Below the pieces are notes generated by a model. That model had not been told where the DNA came from. It was given only the letters and a program-made list of their open reading frames with translations, and ran no database searches. This document shows, one piece after another, positions 23,061 through 34,800 of a stretch of 64,000 nt of DNA. Made by a program: the position numbers and the translations under genes. Source of the stretch: Podarcis gaigeae (taxonomy: Eukaryota). Position 1 is the first letter of the stretch. Each line of letters opens with the position of its first letter. The stretch is from assembly GCA_964106915.2 (NCBI GenBank), contig OZ066918.1; one strand, given 5' to 3'.

Positions 23061-26000
23061 GTAGCAAGTATTTAATTACCAAATGTTTTCCTTTTAAAGT
23101 CTAGTGGAGACTTTCCCCCCATTATTTATAGAAATGCCATTCTTAGGTTTTTATTTCAGTCTAATTAGCCTTTTTAAATTCAGGTATAAATCATAGCATG
23201 CTGCTTAATTTTGCAAGTAAAGATTTTTAAAGAAAATTTTGAATTTCTTGTCACAGTTTCTTCCCTTTAAATCAAACCTTCTCACTTGGAAGTTGTTGTT
23301 ATTACTGTTTTGGTGCCCAGTGATTAAGAAAAATAGTAAGGAACTTAGCAGAATGGTAAATTGGGATTTATATGAGAAAATGTACAATTGCATAACTGGC
23401 CAGTAGATGTCACTATAATGATTTATAGGGATGGGCGTGGGGATTGCTACTACTTTTTTATTAGCTCTCATTAAACTGGTTGTTTATTTTCCAGTGTTAA
23501 TTCATTAAGATTTCAAAAAGTCCAAGTGAGTAAAGTATTACATGCATTTCACACAACTTAAAAGATCTAAATTTAAGAAGTGACACAGCATTTTTATTTA
23601 AGAGAGAGAGTATTTAAGAGAGAGTGTGTAGGTACATGAGCTTTACTCAAGTTAAGCAGGAACATGACCTTGGGGTTGTAATGGGCTACTCAGTGAAGAT
23701 GTTGACCCAAGTGTGTAGCAGCTGTGGAGAAAAAGGCAAATTCTGCACTAGGGAACCTTGGGGAAAGCACTGAAAATAAAGCTGCACCTGAAATAATAGG
23801 TATAGTTCTGGTTGCTGCACCTCAAAAAGGATACCATAGAGCTGGAAAAGGTTCAGGAAATGGCAGCCAAAATGTAGGTGGAGCAACTCCCCAATGAGGA
23901 AAAGGTTGCAGCAGTTGGGCTTTCTACCAGTGCAGTAGCAAGGTCTACACACTGATCATTACTCAGTGTACCGTCACTGATTTCCTAAGCTCTGATCAAA
24001 CCAAGTTAAGTGTGTAGAATTTAATGGTAATTTAATGCCTTGGATTTTGATTTGTCGAATATGGGAGTTTCTCTTTATGTGCCCGGTATTTTGAAAGCTG
24101 AGAGCACCATGCAGTTAAAGCATACACAGAATGGAAAAAACTGGGGCACACCACAATGCTCAAAGCTTTTGTTGGTCGTTTGTTTAAATACAAGTCTTGT
24201 TGCTTAGTTGCTACCTATTTAGTTTCATGGTTCACGAAGACCTGTTGCAACCTATGAAGAGGAAAACATAAAAAGCAGTCCGATTAGAGCACTCCTCTTT
24301 ATTATTCGTCCCTTTAACTGTACAGAATTAACTGTATTCGTTGGCCTAATTTCTTACCCATAACTCTATCTCAGTACTGTAGTAACGTTGGCAGCTTTTG
24401 TGATTGACCTAAATAAAAGGTCTGGTACATCTGCAGCAAACAATATGTGATTGGGGGTGGGGGTGGAAGTAAGGAGTCTATAGTCCGCAACCTTGCATAA
24501 TTATTTTGCTGCCTCTGGTCCTCCTTGTTTTTCCTCGGGGTTAACATTTTTTACATGCAGTTTTAATGTCTGCATTTAATGTCTGTAAGCCTGAGCCTAT
24601 GAAATGTAAATGTCTTTTAGTGAGATTTGGGTTGTCTCTCCCCTCCTTTCACTCACGTGTTTGCATATTTGCCTTCTTGTTTCCTGTGACATTTAAAAAT
24701 GGGAAAGCCCCCTTTGTAGGCTGACATTTTGAATTTTAAAGGATTATCCGGAAGACAGGGGGGAGAGACTTCTGTCAAAGCCTTGAATGCTGCTTCACAT
24801 GGACATATGTGATGATTTGTAAGTGTGAAATAACCACTGCAGATCAAATGCCACAAAGTTTGCGCATTTTCTAAAAAAAAAAAAACCAACACACTACAGT
24901 GAAGACTATGCACATCTTGGAGGTGTTGCATGCTCTGTTCTTAATGTTGTATTTAATTTGCTTTGATTGTATGCTTTCATTTCAGATTTACTTTGGGTGA
25001 CATCTAATGGTATTTCAGCTTGCACAGTAGAACTTCCCCTTCTTCCCCTTGTAGTCCCCAAGGTGGGGAGAGCCTTTGAAGCAAATTTGGGGGTTGTGTG
25101 AGAGGCTTGGGGGAGGGAAGTATTGTCATGTTCATTTGCACACAACACTGGATGTCATGCATTGCTTTTTACTGTACATTGCCCAGAGATCTTTGTTTTA
25201 TAGGGTGGCATATAAATTCTGAAAACAATGCGTTTGATGCTTATGCTATAGCAGTGCTCCAAATTAGTTGGCTCTGTTATGGAATTCATATCAGAATTGT
25301 GAATCCAGGGCTATAGCAAGGTGCAAACCTGTCTTGTAGTGTGTACCTTCTTTTCCAAGATGCTGCAGCTAACTGCTTCCTCCTTTCTGTAACAGCTGCT
25401 GCAGTTAGTGTCTTTTTCAGTATTATAGGTTTATTATGTTAAATTTGTTTTCTAAACTGAGGGAAACCCCAGTTCTTAAGTTGTGATTCTATTGCACATG
25501 CAAGGAGGTACATCATATCTTCAGATAGTTACCTGTTTTGATAGAGGAAGTTTGTTTTAGGCTTGCTAGCCCGCCCACTCTTAGCAATCTCTGTTGAGGA
25601 TAGGACTGTTAAATTATCAAATCAATTCGGATTTTTATTAAATTCACAGACCAATAATAGTTGGTGCAAATAGCCTCAGTGGCGAGAAGTGCCTTTTACC
25701 AGCTGCACCTGGTGTGATAGCTATGATCATTCCTGGACCCAGAGAACTTGACCACAGTAGTTCAGGCAACTTCAATATTGTATTACTGTGGGGTTTCTCT
25801 TGTGGTTGGCCTGGAAACTGTAGTGCAAAATGCTGCAGCACAGTTGCTGACGGGAAAGGCACCTCTGCTCGCAGATCTGCACTGGTTGCAGATTTGTTAC
25901 CAGGCCAAGTCCAAGGTATAAAAAGACCTTAACTGGTGCTGTTACTGGTGCCACAAAATACTTGCTCAGCAATTGTAAATATTCAGTCTTTTAGTGTGGC

Positions 26001-27261
26001 AGCACCTACACTTCGGAACGCTCGACATCAGGTAAAAACCTTCGCTCTACTCTTTGTTTATGCAGGACTATCCAGACATGTAGATGCTGACATACTTTTA
26101 ATTTTTTTGTTTTGTTAATTTTAATTATTTTAAAACGCTTCATTGTTTCAGCTGTTTATTGATACTTTGTGTATTTCTTATAAAGAGTTTAGAAGTTTTC
26201 CTACAACAAAGTGTATATAAATTTTATTTTAAAAATTACACAATGAAAATAATGATCGTCACAGAGGAGCCAAAGAGTTCCTTACCATCTGCTTCATAAT
26301 TTGTGTTCTAAGTTTAAAATTGAACTTTTCGGTGGCATAGGAGGGTGATCCCTTAAACAGAAAGATGGTTTTGTAGGTATTCCAGGCTGTGTTCTTAATA
26401 AAAGGAAAAGTCAGCTTCTAAGGCCTCCTTTATACAAATTACAATATAAAAGGACATAACCCATGGATTCTACCTTTCTAGTTCCACATTGACATTCATT
26501 AGGTGCAATTGTATAAAATCAGCCGGATAGAAAAACAGAGGGCACACCATTAAGATGAATAAGCGTAAATGCCTCTCGTAAATTGCATTAAGAATGAAAG
26601 GAAAGAAAGGCACATACTGATGTCCCAACTTTGAAACTGAATCCAGATTACAAGAAAAAGGAAAGTCTTAAAAGGATCACTACTTACTCAATCGCTACAA
26701 ATAGTATAGAGAGAGAGAAGTCTGGATTTCAGGGAGGAATTGTTTGCTGCATATTCTTATTCTGAGTGCTTTGCTATCATACATAAAGAGCAATGTGAGA
26801 GACTTCTACTTTAAATTAAAATTAGTCCCCTCTTCACCTTTCTTTTTTTATTAACTTGACTCCTTTGAGGGGCAAAGCCAAACACAGAAAAACTACTTTC
26901 TAAGAACCTGGTTAAAATAAGTATTAATTTGCAGAATTTTGCCACTTTTCTTTGATAATGAGTGTTTTGAAGTGTTGGGTCCTTCCTGTGAAAGAGAGTC
27001 CTTTTGGTTTAGCAATATTTACTGGCAGTTAACATTTCAGAATTATCTTATTTTGCTTTTGGATAAGGAAAACTGGCTGGTTTATCATACTTTACACATT
27101 AGTTTTTCGATTAACTATTTTATTTGACCCAAGCATCATAAAATTATATAAAAAACACTTAAGAGTATATTCAGATTGTGTTCCATATGGCTGGGGTGAA
27201 ACTTCTGGATTAAAATTAAAGGAAAGAAGTAGAGAACCACCGGAGCACAATTTCTGTTCTT

Positions 27262-27351
27262 ATCCTGAAGCAAAGTTCTTAACCCGAGGTACTATTTCTG
27301 GGTTAGCCAAATCTGTAACCTGAAGCGTATGTAACCCGAGGTACCACTGTA
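27262..27351. mobile_element. Fragment of a Tc1/mariner (Tigger-like) MITE end
   Basis: aacccgaggtaccactg followed by TA, the same terminal motif as the element at 40056-40301. Confidence 0.65.
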
Positions 27352-27838
27352 TTTGGATCCACATGTATATCCAATTTACCTTCAGATGCGAGAAGGCATT
27401 CAGGGTACAGAATTGATGGTCCTCCAGATGTTGCTGGACTGTAACTTCCATTATCTCTGACCATTGGCCAAGGGCTGATGAAAGTTGGAGGACAAAAACA
27501 TACGCAAGACCACAGATTCCTGACCTGTGAAGGAACAGCCCCTCTTACAAGTTAAAGGGTGGCTGGAAGAGGGAAAGTTGGACTATGAACTCAATTGCTC
27601 CTTCATGAGACTCTGGGTGGCATCACTAATATGCGTTCATGCTTCTGCACTGCTCTGTCATAAGTGTTCCCCACAATCCTAGAGCAGTTTGTGTGTGCGC
27701 GCGCACGCGCCCTTGATCTCTGCCAGGTGGAGGCATCTTTGGGTAGTCGAGGCTCTTCCCCCTGTGCCCCTTTCATCCCTCAGGTATTTGTATGCATATT
27801 GACCGCTTCACATTTTGGCACCTAGTACAGTGTTTCCC

Positions 27839-28188
27839 GGGTGGCGCTGTGGGTTAAACCACAGAGCCTAGGACTTGCCGATCAGAAGGTTGGCGGTTCG
27901 AATCCCCGTGACAGGGTGAGCTCCTGTTGTTCGGTCCCAGCTCCTGCCAACCTAGCAGTTCTAAAGCACGTCAAAGTGCAAGTAGATAAATAGGTACCAC
28001 TCTGGCGGGAAGGTAAACGGCGTTTCCGTGTGCTGCTCTGGTTCGCCAGAAGCGGCTTAGTCATGCTGGCCACATGACCCGGAAGCTGTACACCAGCTCC
28101 CTCGGCCAATAAAGTGAGATGAGTGCCACAACCCCAGAGTCGGCCACGACTGGACCTAATGGTCAGGGATCCCTTTACTTTTACCTTT
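27839..28188 (+). mobile_element. Sauria SINE, near full length, with an 11-13 bp TSD
   Basis: A-box and B-box-like head (ggtggcgctgtggg, ggttcgaatccc), ACCTTT tail, TSD (ta)cagtgtttccc at 27826-27838 and 28189-28201. Confidence 0.93.
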
Positions 28189-28190
28189 TA

Positions 28191-28335
28191 CAGTGTTTCC
28201 CAAACTTGGGTCGTCATCTGTTTTTGGACTACAACTTCCATCATTCCTAGTTAACAGGAACAGTGGTCAGGGATGATGGGAATTGTAGTCCAAAAAAAAC
28301 AACAACAGATGGAGACCTAAGTTTGGGAAGCACTG
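28191..28335. mobile_element. hAT MITE whose 5' TIR was the SINE insertion target
   Basis: TIR CAGTGTTTCCCAAACTT..AAGTTTGGGAAGCACTG; degenerate 8-bp TSD acctagta/atctagtg. Confidence 0.8.
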
Positions 28336-30939
28336 ATCTAGTGCATCTGCATGTAGGACACACCAGTAGAAGGAGGGATTTGAATAGGCTTTCTTGTCAT
28401 CTGAAGAACAGAAAAGCCTACAGAATAATTATCCCATTTTCTCAGCTACACTTGAGAAGGAATTGGCTAACAGCCACCCATATTTGCATAAAAAAAGCCA
28501 AATGTGTTGCCACAAATTCAACTTCTATATCATTGGAGACCAAAGTACCAGATAGTGCAGGCTTAGATTATTAAAATTACTTTTTAACTAAAGGATTGGA
28601 AGACGGGAGGTGGCTTCATTGCTATGTTTCAAAAGAAGTATCATCATTGTATTTAACTATAAGAGGAAAAGAAAACCAAACACGTGTATAAAAAAATTAC
28701 CTTTCTACTGTTTTGTGCTAAGTCCTGATTAGAACAGAAATACTTGGGTTGGTCCTTTTTCTTATTCTTCCAATTGTAATACTTGGCAAGTATCATTAAA
28801 TATAGGGACATATCTGACCCATATAAGCATCTATCCATAACAAATGTGGAGTGTGCCATAATTGGAAAGCCTCCCCGTTCCCTTTGTTGGAAGCTAAAAT
28901 GTATCTGGATACTTTTACTGAATAGAGCTTAGGGCTGAGACTTCAGCTTTTTAGGAGGACATATGACCACCCACTTGACAAATGGGGCACAAACACAAGA
29001 TACTGGCTCAGCACCCAATGCTGAGTCTTTAACCCTTCAGCAACAGTATTTATGCCAACTGCTTTATTAGCACAGTGTGCCATAGGATTGACCTTTTCTC
29101 AGTTTAAAATCCTGTTTAGATGTAATAATACAGCTTTACAAATAAGTTACTTCATTTCACAAAATTTATATACTGCCTGATTGTAAAAAAAAAGCCCTCA
29201 AAAAGAATCTGAACAACTTCCAGCACAACCTAACCAAAGTACCATCTTATTACATCTAAATTTACAGCATTCTTCTAACTATGTCTATTCAGAAGCGAGT
29301 CCTATTGAATCCACTGGTGCTTACGCCTGAGTAAGCAGGTTTAATATTGTGGTTTTCACAGTGGGATCATTATCTCTTAACATTTTGATTCTAAGCATAT
29401 TTTTGTCTTAGTAACGGCTACTGACTGCGACAGAGCTTGTTTGAAACTATGGGTTGCATCCAATGCTAGTCCTACTCAGAGTAGATCCATTGAAATTAAT
29501 GAACATGAGTACATAACTGACTTAGGCCCATTGGTTTGCTCTAAGTAAACCTAGTTGGATACCACCATAAGTGCATTTAGGACTGGAACATGTAAGGACC
29601 AATTCATTTTATGTGCAGGCAGTTGTATTTGCTACTTAAGACACTGGTGCTTGTGGTGACAGCTTACATTATGCAGTGGACATGTGCTAGGATGTACAAG
29701 GTGGTGTACAATATATACGATAAAAACAAAAACCCTCAAAACCAATACAATTATTAACATTTTAATGTAAACAGCTGTATTAAAAGCTTGCTTCCAGAGC
29801 TCACGGTGGTGAAAGCCCCAAAAACCTTCAGTTGCCAAACTTGGAAATAAATCCTACTGAGTTTAATGGGGCTTACTCCCTAGTAAATCTGGTTAAGATT
29901 ACAGTGCAATTCTATACATGTTTACTCAGAAATAAATCTCACTGCACAGTTCACTGGGATTTATTCCCATAGGACTATAGTTTTAATTAACTGTCAATTT
30001 AGGCAAAGATGCCCTGCTTCTCCCCCATCCCCCAAGTGTTAACTGGGTCTGTTCTATTTGAGTTGCTTTTAACACACCCATTCTTACTCTTCTCCCAGCA
30101 TATTATCATATCTAGTTTTGATGTTAAAAGTAGGTAGAAAAATAATAAATGAAGTAGGAATGGTTGAGTAACATATCACTACTTACCCTTATGCCACTAA
30201 GTATATCCTGCAACTAAACAGCTCTTAAAGCTTCTTATTGTGTAAGAAAATGTGAACAATTTCATATAAAGATCCTTTTAAAGCCCTAATGTACTATGTC
30301 GATAGCTTCCTAAATGGTCGGGATTAATTTAATGTAAGTGCAGATGTAATAAAGTACAAAAGCTTTGGAGCGTAAGATGTGCATGCTGGTTTTTCAAGAA
30401 TGTAATCTTCCAGCTGGATATAAAAAATATGAGTGACAGCAACACAAAGTTTCTATTATGGTCATCATCACAAAACACTTCTTTCTCAATCTCAACTGTA
30501 AAAATCTCAACTAAATATATATATATACTTTAAAAAACCTACATGGTGGAAGGCTGCTCACAGAACCCAAACAACTAAATTGAAGTTCAGCTCAGAATGT
30601 TGAAGTATTCTGCAAATCAGCTGAACACTTTAAAAACAATTCCCAATTCCAAAAATCACACAGAAATAAAAAAGGAGCTAAGAACATGCAATTATCTCGT
30701 CATGGCGAAGGTACATAAACATCTCTGTTCCCAGCATTAGACCCCTTCTGCATCACTTGCGTTGTTTTATGCGTGTCTGATGTGTCAAAGTATTGTGGCA
30801 AGGACCCTTTGGTCTTTGAACAGCTAAAAATTGGCTGATGGTGCTGCTTTTTTTAAAAAAAGCATGATACATATACTGGCGCGCACGGTCCTGAATGGTT
30901 TTGGGACCCAAGTGCTGAAAACCTCCCTCAGGAAGCCCT

Positions 30940-31870
30940 ACCAACCCGACCCTGGTGAGGACCTGCCCTTTGGCAGGCTGGCCAGAAAACGTGCGCGCGA
31001 CCTCTCTGCCTACGGCCCTACGAGGATGTTCAACGCAACTTAACGAGCCAAGTTCCCGCCGCGGCTTCGGCGGCGCTTGTTCCCAGGCAGGCGCGCGCGC
31101 GCTCATAGGGTCGGAGCCTGACTGAAGGGGAGCAGGACCTGCCATTTCCAGAGGCGGGCAGGGGGGTCGGGCCGCAGCAGCCGCTCTCCGGCAGGCCCTG
31201 CCCACCGTGTGGAGACAGGCCCGCTCTTTCCCCGCCCCCTGCCAGGAAGGGCTCGGTTCCCTTGGTAGCGACCGCAGTAGCGGCGGGAATAACGGGCAGA
31301 GCCTGAGGCACCTCCAGGATGTCGCGGCCGCCTCGGCGCGCCGTGCAGCTGGCGCCGAGCTCTCTGGCCCTGGTGTTGCGACGCCTGCAGCAGCACCAGC
31401 AGCACGAGGAGGAGGGAGAAGAAGCGGCGGCGGCGGCGGTGGCGGCTTCCCCGGGCGAGCCCGAGGCGGAGAGCTGCGGCGACGAGGCGAGCGGCGCGGC
31501 CGTCTTCCAGGCGTTCCGGCGCGCCAACGCCGCCTGCTACTGGAACGGCGGTCTGGCGCGCGCCGTGTCGCGGGTGTGGCTGCAGGGCTGGCTGCGGGGC
31601 GGCGTGCTCTTGCTGCAGGGCCCCGCCGCCCCGCTGCAGCTCCTCCGCGACGCCTGGCTTCGTAGGGCGCTGCGCCCGCCCAAGGGCTTCCTCATCAGGG
31701 CTGTGGGTAAGCGAGCGAGCGAGCGCGCAAAGCAAGCAGGTTGGCCAAGCCAGGGGCGCAGCTTCACCAGATCACCTGCGCAGCTGGGGCTCCGAAAAGA
31801 AGCCAGCGCGCGTGCCCAGCTCCGTCAGATTCTCTCTTGGTTCCTCCCTTTACCTTGCGGGTCCGATCCT
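30940..31870. promoter_or_regulatory. STOX1: CpG island covering the STOX1 promoter and exon 1
   Basis: Sharp rise in GC and CpG density around the STOX1 ATG; GC-box-like and E2F-like motifs. Confidence 0.85.
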
Positions 31871-34800
31871 GGCTCCGTTCCTTTCTCTGCCGGATTCAAC
31901 CAGAACCGACTCCTGGACTCTTTATTTGCCAGGTTTTGCTTTAAACTGATTCTGGGCCCTTCAGGTTTTTTGTTTGTTTAAGGATGCTCTGAGTCCTAAA
32001 GCACGTGTGATAGTAAGGAAGTGCGTCTTGAGCACATGCTGAGTGTTTTTCTCTAGCTCCAGACTCATGTACAGCCAGTTTTCTCGTCTTAGGGTTTCTG
32101 ATGCTAGACCATCATACCCAAGCTAAGGAGTTTGGATCTGCCCAGGGCTTGGTTGAGAGACTGCTTATGTTCCAGCTACATGTGGGGTTGTATACCTCAC
32201 TGCTGTTTTGCTTGTGCAGAAGGCTTCCACTTCTGTGATGGAATGTTTCTCTCCCTAGAGGACCCTCTGGAGCAGATTCTGAGGGTGTGCATGCAGAGAA
32301 AAGGGAAGTCCCATTGCAAGAGTGGGACCCCATGCACAGTGTTGGTGATAAGTATTAGGGGTTGTTTTAAAAAGCCTGGTAGTGCCTTCTGCATGTGTAA
32401 TGAACAGTTAATGTGTGAAGAGTGAACACAGACCTTATATAACATTTGGGAATGCAACTTCAGGGGACAGTGGCTGGAACCTGATAAAAGCTACCAGGTG
32501 GAATTTGCTCTAGATGGCGACCATCCCTATGTGATGCAGTGTGGTGTGTAATACTTTCTCTGGTACTAAAAACTCGCGCTCTTGTGTATGTTTGTGGTAG
32601 TATAGACTGAATGGCCCTAATGAGGCACTGCATGTTAACGGTTCACTATGTAAATTCTTTTAAAGCAACCTCCAAGCATACATCTGGGGTCTGCATGCAT
32701 TCAGAAAATATTGCTTCCTTTCTCTCTCTTTCAACCCCTTCGTTCCATAATTCCAAACTCTTGTCGTTCTGTGTGGTGGGAAGCCCTTGACTACAGTAAC
32801 TCTGGCAAATAAATATAGGGCAAGAAGTAAGCTGTTATCCCTTAGAGGACCAAGGTTTTATTAAATAAAGAAACCAGTGGAAAGGAGCACCTGGACTAGG
32901 CATTTCTTCTTAGTCTTAAGTGATTTGAAGCAAAAAAACCAAACCAAACAAAAATCCTCCAATGTTTCCTGTCAGCTGGGGATGCCATTTTGACTGTAAT
33001 CTCTTCATTGCCTAATACCTAATGGGTTCCTTAGCTCACAGAAAGAACCTTGCGGTCATGCTATTGTGTGTAGGGAGATGGAGGGTGGGGAGAGGGTAAA
33101 CAAGGATTTGTCACACAATGTAGGCGCTCTGAAGGTTAATCTGTTCCTTTCTTGCTGTCTCTGTGGAGCTAGGGAGAGCATACTGCTTTTTAATTGAAAA
33201 AGAGGAAGGGTCTTTTATTTCAGAGAGAAATATGCTCCTCCGGGGGCACTCATGTGCCCTCTTGATAAACAGCTAACTTCTTTAAAGAAAAGAAAAAAAG
33301 GCATTCAAGCAGGATGAAAACATTCTTGTTTTAACCACTGAGATGTTAGCAATCTTTTGCCTCACCTCAGTAAAAGAATTTTTTTTAAGACTTCCTACAT
33401 AAACCCAGACACTTAAATATTTATATTTGTGTGGTTTCGCTTTGGTGAATATTAATCACCCTTGGCCCTGCAAAATGGGGAGCTTGTATGAGTTTGGTGA
33501 CACCTGTGTGCATAGTAAACCCAGTATTGTAGAGAAAACATTACTGTTGCCCTAAATGTAGCAATATTCTGCCATACCCTCTGGTGTGGTACTCTTGGTG
33601 CCATATTAAGTAAAGCCAACATATAAAGGAAATGGTTACAAATGCAGAATTCTATAAACATTGTTGTAAGTTTTCACTTAACAGCTATCTCTTTGATCCT
33701 GCAATTGGATCCATATGGGAGACTCTGGTGCCCATACAGAGTCCTGCTGAAGTTAACCGCCAAGTAATACAATTCCTTCAGTGTTAGCTGTTCAGGAATT
33801 TCTTGCAAGTGGTCTCATATTCAAGTGCTGAAAATGCATTGAGAAGACGACTGCACAACATCCTTTGTTTTAAAAAAAAACTTTCCCAATTAAAGTAGCT
33901 GAAAGTTAGTATTTCCAGGTTTCTTGCCTAATTCTACAACTCTGTTTATCTTAGTTTGTTAAAGTAGAATGAATGAGTTTCAAGAACTGTACTGGTGATG
34001 CTCTTATGTGACTTCTTATGTCCAGATGAAACAGGATGAGGCAAAAGTGCCTTGATTATTTGGGAGTTATTCTCCTTCTTGCTTCCTTGCTTCAGCCTCT
34101 GATTACCATCTTAATAAGGCTGAGGTTGATATTGGTAGAATCTCTGGCTAATCTGGTTTCCTAATATTGTACTAACATCACGAACATTCTTGAGAAAAAT
34201 GCCAAATATTAAGTGCTTCACATTTATCATTCTATGCAACAAGTATGTAAGAATGGCCAGTTCTTGAGTCAGACTAGAAGGTGGCAAGGTCAGTGGGCAG
34301 AATTTAGTTTGTTGTTGAACCCCTATATATAGAATGATGAGGTGAGACAACTTAAAGCACAACAGAGACACCTATACTTTTCCACTGCAAGGCTTCATTT
34401 TTAAATGAACAATCTCCTTAAGAGTTACACTGATTTCTTCCCCATGTGACTTGAGAAAGATTTACCTATCTTCTTGCCTGTGTGCTGGAATATTTTCTCT
34501 TTTTCTTTATCTGTTACATGCAAGAAAAAGCTACCCTTTTACCCTTTGTGGTGTTTGTCATTAGTCGATAGGTATTTTATTGCAAGGCACTCAATCAGAG
34601 GGTTGGTGGTTCGAATCCCCATGACGGGGTGAGCTCCAGTTGCTTGGTCCCTTCTCCTGCCAACCTAGCATGTCAAAGTGCAAGTAGATAAATAGGTACC
34701 GCTCAGGTGGGAAGGTAAACGGCGTTTCCATGCGCTGCTCTGGTTCACCAGCAGCGGCTTAGTCATGCTGGCCACATGACCCGGAAGCTGTATGCCAGCT

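Noticed and set aside
27839-27915. tRNA-like A and B boxes (also at about 36210 and 62635)
   Set aside because: These are SINE heads with no cloverleaf and are followed by SINE bodies, so they are not tRNA genes.
30753-31981. Several overlapping 150-210 aa ORFs on both strands
   Set aside because: Stop-poor GC-rich CpG island; only the frame starting at 31319 matches STOX1.
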